Origin: the human T2T-CHM13v2.0 reference genome, Homo sapiens
Strand: one strand, 5' to 3'
Assembly (NCBI RefSeq): GCF_009914755.1
Contig: NC_060929.1
DNA length: 64,000 nt
Shown: positions 55,888-64,000 of the stretch, one piece after another
Position numbering within the stretch: the stretch's first letter is position 1
Layout: every line of letters starts with the position of its first letter
The notes under the pieces: model-generated
Database searches by the model: none
What the model saw: the letters and a program-made list of their open reading frames with translations, nothing else
Told to the model about the DNA's origin: nothing
Made by a program: the position numbers and the translations under genes

Positions 55888-57161
55888 CTTCTTATGAGAC
55901 CAAATATACATCTAGCCTGGATCACCCTCAGGCCTTTACCCAAGAGAAATGAAAACATGTCCACAGAAGGGCTTGTGGTAAAATGTACATAACTGTCCAA
56001 GTGACCATCAGTACAAGAATGCATTAACAAACTGTGGCATATTCATGCCTTAAAATACTATGTAGCAATAAAAAGAAATACCCTGCTGACACATGCAACA
56101 AAACCTGGAAAATATGCTGAGTGAAAAAAGCCTTATACAAAAGGGGATATACTATATGATATGAAATTCTAGAATAGGCAAAACTAATATATACTCGAAG
56201 AAATCACATCAGCCTCTGCAGAAGGTGAGGTCAGAGATGGACTGAAAGGGCTCACAAGGGAGCTTTTTGAAATGATGATAATGTTCTACATCTTGGTGGA
56301 AGTTTGGGTTAGTTGTATGCACCTGTCAAAATTCAGAATGTACACTTCTTAAGACTTGTGCTTTCATTGCATGTGGATTTTCATAAAAAATAAAAACTGC
56401 ACACAAATATTAAATTTCACTTAATGATTTTATTACATATTTAGGGGGAAGTGTCCTGTAGTCTTCAATTTACTTTGAAACCCAAAATATGAGATGGATC
56501 CATGGATGGATAGAGGGATAGAGGAATGAATATGTGTTACAGCAAGTATAGTGGCATGTCAGTGCTAGAATTTAGGAGGTAGATGTATAGGTATTCACTG
56601 AAAAATTATTTCAACTTTCTGAGTAGTGTAAAGCCTGAAAGTAAAGCCCCATATTGTGAGCTGCCTTGACATCTGGTGTAACCAGGAGGGCCTTGAATGG
56701 CCTTACTGTGAGTTCCCCTCCCCACCCTGCTATCATGGATAAGACCCCAAGCCAAACAGCCCTCTTTATCCAGGGGGTCATACACAGGTTCCTGTTTATC
56801 CCTGAGTAGTGGGTTTCAGTTCCTTGCCAGCCCACAGAATTATTCAGTCAAGTCAATCATATCCTCCTATGGGAACCAGGGGCACCTCACCCTCTTGGTA
56901 CTACAAAGCATGCCACCCTCAACCCCTGGTAGTTCACTTTGTTCATGAGTGAAACCCCCATGTGGCCCTGTGTGGCACTGGTGTCCTCCTCCCTCAATTG
57001 TGAGTATGTGTGACTGATAAATCTCATCTGTCTAGTGTAGGGTGTCATGCGTTTAGCCATCCCGATAAACCAAGGGTGAGAATCCTTCCTTTGGATGAAT
57101 AGGAGACAATTAAAACATGCTTCATGTTTGAAATTTTTATAGTAAAATATTGGGGAAAAAA
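55780..57161 (+). mobile_element. old L1 (L1ME/MC) ORF2 end and 3'UTR, interrupted by an LTR
   Basis: TTGGTGAGGATTTGGAGCAACAGGAA..CCCAAGAGAAATGAAAACATGTCCACA..TGTTTGAAATTTTTATAGTAAAATATTGGGG. Confidence 0.8.
56627..57116 (+). mobile_element. ERVL solo LTR (MER54/MER73/MER74-like group)
   Basis: TG...CA ends; GCTGCCTTGACATCTGG..GTTCCCCTCCCCACCCTGCT; splits the L1 3'UTR. Confidence 0.7.
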
Positions 57162-58297
57162 TCTGCCATGTGTCTGGCAGTGAGTAATGTTTCAAAAGAG
57201 AAAGCATTGCTTCTATCTTTATTGAGCATATAACTTACTTAGGCAAATACTAAATAATATAAATCACACACTCATCATGTAAATGTAGCATATACTGTAC
57301 CTGCTGTCTATCATTTAATTCTGACTTGCTCAGGGCCTTGCAGTGATTGGAAGAGTATGAGAATCCACACATCAGAATGCAGTGGTGTGATACAGTTCAG
57401 AGAAGAAAGCCCTCCACCACTTTTTAACTCTGTGTCCTATAAGCAAATTACTTCCCCTCTCTGGGTCTCCATTCTTTACCCATAAAAAGGAGGGGTTGCC
57501 ACGATTCACCTTTCCAGCTCTAACAGTCTAAATATATTTAATGTTAAATTAGCATAAATTACTGTACTTACAATTACCATATGACAGGAAAAGGGAAGGG
57601 GCATTTATTTTTGGACCCCTAATTCCTGAGTAGTCATTTGCTTGGTAAACAGTGTATTCCATTGCAAACAGCCCCCTTGTTTCCACCCAAATGCAAACCC
57701 CCAAAGAGCAGGAATTTAACTGCCTGCCTAATTCAATCATCTGATTCTGAGAATTTGCACAATAGCTAGCAATTTTTTTTTGGTCACACAAATACTAATA
57801 GTCAAATAATCCAACCCAGCTTTCTTGTGGACAATCACCCAGAGGGGAGCCATGGTTTCTTCTCACTCACAGAAAGGATGGCGTGAGGATTTCATACAGA
57901 GACAGGCCACATCCATGCAATGAAGCTGAGTGTGTGACTAAGCAATCTGGATGTGTAGATAAAAATGTCACACGCGGCTGGGACAGATTCACTGCACGCC
58001 TGCAGAGATAACAATTTTTCCTTTTATTCTTCTCAGGCTTCAGCTTGCTAAAGATTGGTGAAAGATGATGGCTGATCTAGGACATATTCACCGAGGACAA
58101 AACGAGACAGATTATGCTTTGGAGACATCTTTCCGGGGATACTTTAAAATCTGGCTTAAAAGCTTGTGGGAGACGAGACAGAAAGTACCAATTATCTGTA
58201 GATAACCACGTTTCTCTGCCTGTGACATTGTAGTTAGTTACCCATCACCAACTGGATTTTTTTTTTCCCCAGAAGGAGGAGTGGGCTTGCTGTAAGC

Positions 58298-58463
58298 CAG
58301 GATATCTTAGCCTCAGCACTATTGGCATTTGGGACCAGATAATTCTTTGTTGGGAGGTGCGAGGGGATGATCCTGTGCATTGCAGGATGTTTGGTAATAT
58401 CCTTGTCCTGTGAAAACTGATGTGTCTCCAGACATTGTCATCTTCCCCAGTTGAGAACTACTG
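58298..58463. mobile_element. MER20 hAT-Charlie
   Basis: CCTCAGCACTATTGGCATTTGGGACCAGATAATTCTTTGTTG..GTCTCCAGACATTG..CCAGTTGAGAACTACTG. Confidence 0.9.
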
Positions 58464-59340
58464 TTCTAAACTATCCACACTCTCTTTACCAGATGCACTG
58501 GAAAACAAGCTAAGCATACATGAAAAAGATGGGTAAGGTGAGGGAGGAGCCGTTGGCTCACTACCGTTACTTTCAATGGCAGTGAAGAAAGCTTAGTTTC
58601 CAAATAATGCCCTCAAATTGGCACATTTTTTTAAATTGTAGGAAAATACATATAACACAAAATTTATTATCTTAATCATTTTTAAGTATGCAGTTCAGTA
58701 TTGTTAAATATATTTACATTGTTGTATAATCAATCTCCAGAACTTTTTCATCTTGCAAAACTGAAACTCTATACTCATTAAACTCCCTGCTTCCCCCCAG
58801 CACCAGGCCACTGGAATTCTATTTTCTGTCTCCATGAATTGGACCACACTAGGTCTCTCATTCATATAAGTGGATTCATACAGAATTTGTCATTTTGTGA
58901 CCAGCTTACGTGACTTGGCATAATGTCCTCAAAGTTCATACATATTGTCGCATGTCAGGCTTTTCTTCCTTTTTAAGGTAGAGTAATATTCCATTGAATG
59001 GATATGCCACATTTTCTTTATCTGTTCATCTACCAGTGGGCATGTGGGTTGCTTCCACCTTTTGGCTATTGTGACTAATGCTGCTGTGAACATGGGTACA
59101 CAAATATCCTTGAGACCTTGCCTTGAATTATTTTTGACAAAAATCCAGAAATGGAATTGCTGGATCATACAACAATTGTATTTTTAATATTTTGAGGAAC
59201 AGACAGACTGTTTTGCATAGCACCTGGACCATTTTACATTCCAACCAGCAATGCAATTGATCCACATTCTCACCAACACTTGTTATTTTACGTTTTTTGT
59301 AGTAGCCATCTTGATAAATGTGGGGTGATATCTCATTGTG

Positions 59341-60142
59341 TTTTCTTCACAACTTTATTAAGGTATAATTGATATACAAATAACTGTATATATTTTATGT
59401 ATACAATGTGATGCATTTTGACATACACATGTGGATCAGTGATAGCATAGACTAGGTAATAAATATGTACATACCTCCAAAAGTTTTTTGTGTCCTTTTA
59501 CTTTTTATTTTTGGTAGTAATAACACTTAACATAAGATACATCTTCTTAATAAATTTTTAAGTGAACAATACCATATTGTTAACTACAGGCACTACGTTG
59601 TACAGCAGATCTCTAGAACTTACTAATCTTGTATAACTATAACTTTTTACCCATTACTATGGTTTGAATATCGTTTGTTTGTCACCACCAAAACTCATGT
59701 TGAAATTTCATCCCCACTTTGGCAGTTTTGGGAGATGGAGCCTACTGAGAAGTGTTTGGGTCATGGGGGAAGATCTCTCAGGCTTACAGCCATTCTCACA
59801 GTAGTAAGTGAGTTCTTGTGAGATTGGATTAGTTCTTAAGAAAAGGGATTAGTTCCCATGACAGTGAGTTGTTATAAAGCCAGAACACCCCTGGGGTTTT
59901 GTCTCTTCACAAATATCTACTTCCACTTTGACCTTCTTTGCCATGTTTTGATCTAGAACCTATCCTTCACCAGAAACTAAGCAGATACTGGAGCCATGTT
60001 TTTCATAGTTCCCAGCCTTCACAGCTGTGAGCTAAATCTCTTTTCTTTATAAACTATCCAGACTCAGATATTTTGTGATAGCAACACAAAATGGACTAAG
60101 ACATGCCATCCATTGAACAAATTCCCCCTTTCTCCATCACCA
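59341..60142 (-). mobile_element. second short L1MA/MB 3' end nested in the L1MB
   Basis: CAACTTTATTAAGGTATAATTGA..GTTGTACAGCAGATCTCTAGAACTTA. Confidence 0.8.
59655..60103 (+). mobile_element. MST (MSTB-like) solo LTR
   Basis: TACTATGGTTTGAAT..CCAAAACTCATGTTGAAATT...GCAACACAAAATGGACTAAGACA. Confidence 0.88.
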
Positions 60143-60213
60143 CATTTGCATTTCTCTAATGATTCGTGATGTTGAGCATCTTTGCATATAGTGGTTGGCC
60201 TGTATTCTGTATA

Positions 60214-60486
60214 CTGCCAGCCTTTTTTCAAAGTGGTGGTTTTTAATTTTACACTTACACCAACAATGTATACAAATTCCTGTTGCTCCAAATCCTCACC
60301 ACGTTGGGGTTGTCAGCCTCTGCATAACTTGCTTTTGAATTGAGTTTGAAAGTGAAAAGTGTGAGTGTGGAAGAAGGCGGGACTGCAAGGACTATAAACA
60401 GGTTTTGTAGAACACTGCCCCAAGACTGCCGAGTTGTCATTATTCTCCAGGTCAAGAATAGGGTGGCACTGATTCCCTTTTCTTTG
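60214..60486 (-). repeat. inverted copy of 55615-55887 (templated insertion)
   Basis: ~94% identity; flanked by a ~30-bp direct repeat at 60179-60208 and 60481-60510. Confidence 0.97.
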
Positions 60487-62259
60487 CATATACTGGTTGA
60501 CCTGTATACTTTCTTTGGAGAAATGTCTATTGAAGTCCTTTGTTCATTTGTTAATCATTCTCTGTTTTTTTTGTTGTTGTTGAGTTGTAGGAGTTCTTGA
60601 TATATTTTGGATATTATATATCAAATATATAATATGCAAATAATATCTACCATTCTGTAGGTTGCGTTTCACTCTGTTAATTGTATCCTCTGATGCACAG
60701 AAGTTTTTAATTTTGATGTAGTCCAATTTATCTGGTTTTACTTTTGTTGCCTGGATTTTTGATATCACGAAATCATTGTCAAATTCAACCCAGGATTTTC
60801 CCACTTTTTTCTGACAGTTTTATATAGTTTCAGATTTATATTTAGATTTTTGATCCATTTTGTGGCACACACTTTTTACATTAATACTATTATGTGATAT
60901 ACTTTTCTGAGTTCTGAGGTAGCCAGGTCTCAACTGCTCACTAATGGATGGAGTCATGGTTACAGTGATAAGCTAAATTTCTCAGGCTCTTTCTTACCTT
61001 GCTATAAACTTTTTAAAAATCCCTGACATTAGTCCTGGCAGTACCAAGGGGGGGCTCACATGTGCTCACAGGCAAGTTCAGTCACATGTTCCCTGCCACA
61101 TCCCATCATCCATTTCAGTTGATTGGGTGCCATGAAGTCCGGTAAATACAAACGCCTTGTCTTGACCTGTCTGCCATCTCCTGCCAAGCATGCCTCTACT
61201 TTTCCAGTAACGTTGCCTATAGGAAACTATATTATAATTTCCTATAATCCACTGCTGCCAATATATATGAGGGCCACCACCATCACCCTGGGGCTCTCAG
61301 GGTGTCAGAGCTGCGGTGGTAGTATAGGTTGAAATAAAGGAGCACATCTCTACCTTTTTATTGTGGTACATTTTCTTAAAAAAGCTATATGTTTTGGGGT
61401 TTGCTTTTGTTTTATCAATATGACACCTTTAGTATTTGCTGACAGCATGCTTCTCTTCCTGTAACAAGTTCCAGACACAAGTTCATGGGGTTGAGTTTGA
61501 GTTTGAGAAGCAGCCAGTGGCAGGGCAGCCACCATGCCTTGGTAAGACTCAGCACTCCAGTCCAATAACAAAGCTTTGTAACTGGGTGAAGCTAAAGGAG
61601 CTTGGCTCCTCTTTCCCTCTCAATGAATACTTTCCCATGGATCCTCACCATCTTGTGCAAATAGACTTTTGTCCACCTATCCTTTTCATACCCCAGCTTA
61701 GTGTTCTGCTAAGATTCCATCTGAATTATTTTAGAATGACTGAGAGCTCAGGAAGCAGCCTCACAGCCATGCTGATGATCTACTGTGAGTTAGTCACAGC
61801 ACTGAATAAAGCTTCAATGTTAGATGTTCCCAAGCACTTACATAAATCTCATTTGTTTGGCACTAATGAAGAATCCCTGTTTTTTTTTATTTAAAAGGGA
61901 TATTTGTTATACACCATCCAATATTTATGAGTTAATTTGAATCCTGCAGTAAAGCAAAATACAATCTTGAACCAGAAAATGCTAGTAATCCTTCCATTGT
62001 GCATCACTGTTGACACTGTTAATTTCATTTTAATCACACAATCTTACCCCTGAAATGTTGGCGTCTGTGTGGCAATAATTCAAAGTGTTCCAACTTGAGG
62101 GGGATGGGGAAAATCACTAAATAAGCTGGCAATCAAACAAGGAAAAATTTGAGCTAGGAATTGTAGCATCTGGTTGCCAGCACCTACTAGGCATGCAGAA
62201 GGGTCAAGTGGCACCAACAGCCCCAGAACTGTCCCTTGGTTAAAGAGAAAAGGTGATTT

Positions 62260-62900
62260 TCTTTTGTATCTAAAACCTAAGCCTCTCATTGCTTGTGAAT
62301 GGGTTTTTTAATAATAATAATTATTATTTTATATATATATTTAACAATTGTATTAATAGTTAGAGGGATGTTGTGAGCATTTAACCAGATCATGCAAGGA
62401 AAGCATATAGAACAGACCCTAGTATTTAGCTCAGTAAATGATTTTTTTAATGATGTTTAAAAAAATACACTGAAGGCAAACTGTGGTTTAAGAGAAATAA
62501 AATGGGCTTTAGCATCATATGATCGTGATCCAACCACCCCACTTAATAAGTAAGTGACTCCTGCTATGTTACTTCTGGAACCTCATCTTCTTCATCTATA
62601 AGATGTAGAAGTCATCATCTTCAAAGAATTGATGTTAAAACAGTAAATGAGATAAATCAGTGCCTGCTAGAGTCACTGGTACTTCACTATCATCATGAAG
62701 CAGTAATAAAAGTTAATGTTTAATGATCACCAACTATAAGCCTAACACTTTAAGTCAGTCCTTTTATTGTCTCTAAGAGATGAAGAAACTAAAACTCGAA
62801 CAGGTTAAATGACTTGCCCAAGGTCACAAAACTAAAAAATATTCACCTTTGAACTGAAGTCATATCAGTTGGATGCCCAAGCTCGTGAACTTAATCACTT
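62260..62900. mobile_element. three MIR fragments
   Basis: GAGGGATGTTGTGAGCATTTAA (+), CCTCATCTTCTTCATCTATAAGATG (+) and GGTTAAATGACTTGCCCAAGGTCACA (-). Confidence 0.75.
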
Positions 62901-62919
62901 TAACATACTGACATGCCCC

Positions 62920-63100
62920 CTTGTTGCAGAACTTTCTTCAATGATGCTTGGTGGCTTGGCATTAAAGAATCCAGACAAAGAAGGCTAGCTGAGGACATGA
63001 ATAGATGAGGCAGAAAGGTGGGAAATGAAAAGGCTAATGGTGGCAGAGTGCTCTGTCGAGATGGCTGTTGTGAAATGAAAACAGACAAGAGTTGTGTGCA
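62920..63100 (+). mobile_element. possible RTE-clade LINE (L4-like) remnant
   Basis: Frame from 62922 gives ..WLGIKESRQRRLAEDMNR*GR, resembling the RTE C-terminal LGI..W..LA.DR..WR motif. Confidence 0.3.
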
Positions 63101-63584
63101 TGTGTTGGGAGAGGGGGAAGGGTAGAAATGTTAGGATACTGACACGAAGACAAAAGAGAGTAATGAAATGAGGAAATAGAGCAAGTCAAATGATTAGAAG
63201 ACAAGATTGAGTTCCTAACAATGCACCCAAGAGATCTCTTCTGAAGGCAGCTGTTGATCCAAAGGCTTCGAAGAGAAAAATGAAAGCACATCTCTATGTT
63301 GTGCTGACTGGATTCTAACAGCATGATACTTGTGGGAATGAAACCACTTTAGAAGGAAAACAACCTGGGTAACTCAGCATCACTCAGTGTACAAAGATTC
63401 TTCTGTAATAACTCTCCTGGTTGAAGAAAAATGCATTATTGAGCATTTTAAGACCATAGGAAATATAGAATTAAGAGAACCAAGGTCACAGAAAACTCTA
63501 TGAATGCCCTTGTAAAACTTTCACTTTTGTCAATATAAAATACATACAATCCAATCCAATTAAAAGAATATCAAGTTTGTTTGT

Positions 63585-64000
63585 TTTTCCAAGATGGCAG
63601 ATTAGAGGCTTTTAGTGTGCCTCAGCCACTAGGAAATAGCAAGAGAGTGTATAAAGATCAACTCTGTGAGCCTGAGTTCCAGAAGAAAAATGGGAATCCA
63701 CTGAAATTGTAAAGGACACTCTAGGTCCTGGGGAAGAGAATGTGTGCAAACAGCCCTTATGACCTTGTCCAGCTGGTAAAAGTGAGTGAAGCTCCAGTAT
63801 GTGAGAGAAGCAGACAGTCCCCCTCTGTGACTCACCTTTCCACTAGGGATCCAAGCAACCCAGCTGAGGCAGAGCACTTTGCTTCTCCCAAACCCTGAAG
63901 CTAACCTGGGGAGAGACTTGGAGGTGCTGTAAGGGTACGACACTGGGAAAAGCTGCAGACATTTTTGCAGATCCAGAAACAAGAGCAAGAAACCATTTTT
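63585..64000 (+). mobile_element. L1 5'UTR (older L1PA/L1P type), runs off the window
   Basis: TTCCAAGATGGCAGATTAGAGGC..GCCTCAGCCACTAGGAAA..AAAGATCAACTCTGTGAGC start. Confidence 0.8.

Larger units (their letters stand above)
58626..60862 (-). mobile_element. L1MB (MB3-like) 3' portion hosting nested insertions
   Basis: TCTCCAGAACTTTTTCATCTTGCAAAACTGAAACTCT; ORF 58929 (PMFTAALVTIAKRWKQP..MWHIHSMEYY) is the ORF2 C-terminus; breaks at ~59340 and resumes at ~60144. Confidence 0.9.

Noticed and set aside
55559-60455. Near-identical ORFs 55559..55846 (+) and 60255..60455 (-) as a paralogous gene pair
   Set aside because: The identity comes from the inverted DNA duplication. The 3' part is L1-derived, the starts are non-ATG, and there is no gene structure.
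61436-61894. 152-aa plus-strand ORF
   Set aside because: Non-ATG start and no recognisable homology; this length is compatible with chance in 64 kb.

Overview
Primate genomic DNA, most likely human: it carries AluS/AluY, THE1, MST and L1PA/PB elements. It looks like an intron or intergenic stretch, and I can support no protein-coding gene. Roughly half is interspersed repeat (six Alus, many MIR/L2 fossils, nested L1s, solo MaLR/ERV LTRs, hAT MITEs). The ORF track is Alu/L1/LTR-derived or chance; only the decayed L1 ORF2 pieces near 47.4-49.5 kb resemble a known protein. The most unusual structure is a 273-bp ungapped, ~94% identical inverted copy of 55615-55887 inserted at 60214-60486. It has a ~30-bp target duplication and junction microhomology, which points to a template-switch repair scar rather than a transposon. 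Also present are a 35-nt 3'-truncated U2 snRNA retrocopy with TSD, several small tandem duplications, and tentative + strand non-coding exons and enhancer motifs. I see no evidence of a new gene system. Subfamily names come from recalled consensus sequences and old-repeat boundaries are approximate; both need RepeatMasker/Dfam confirmation.
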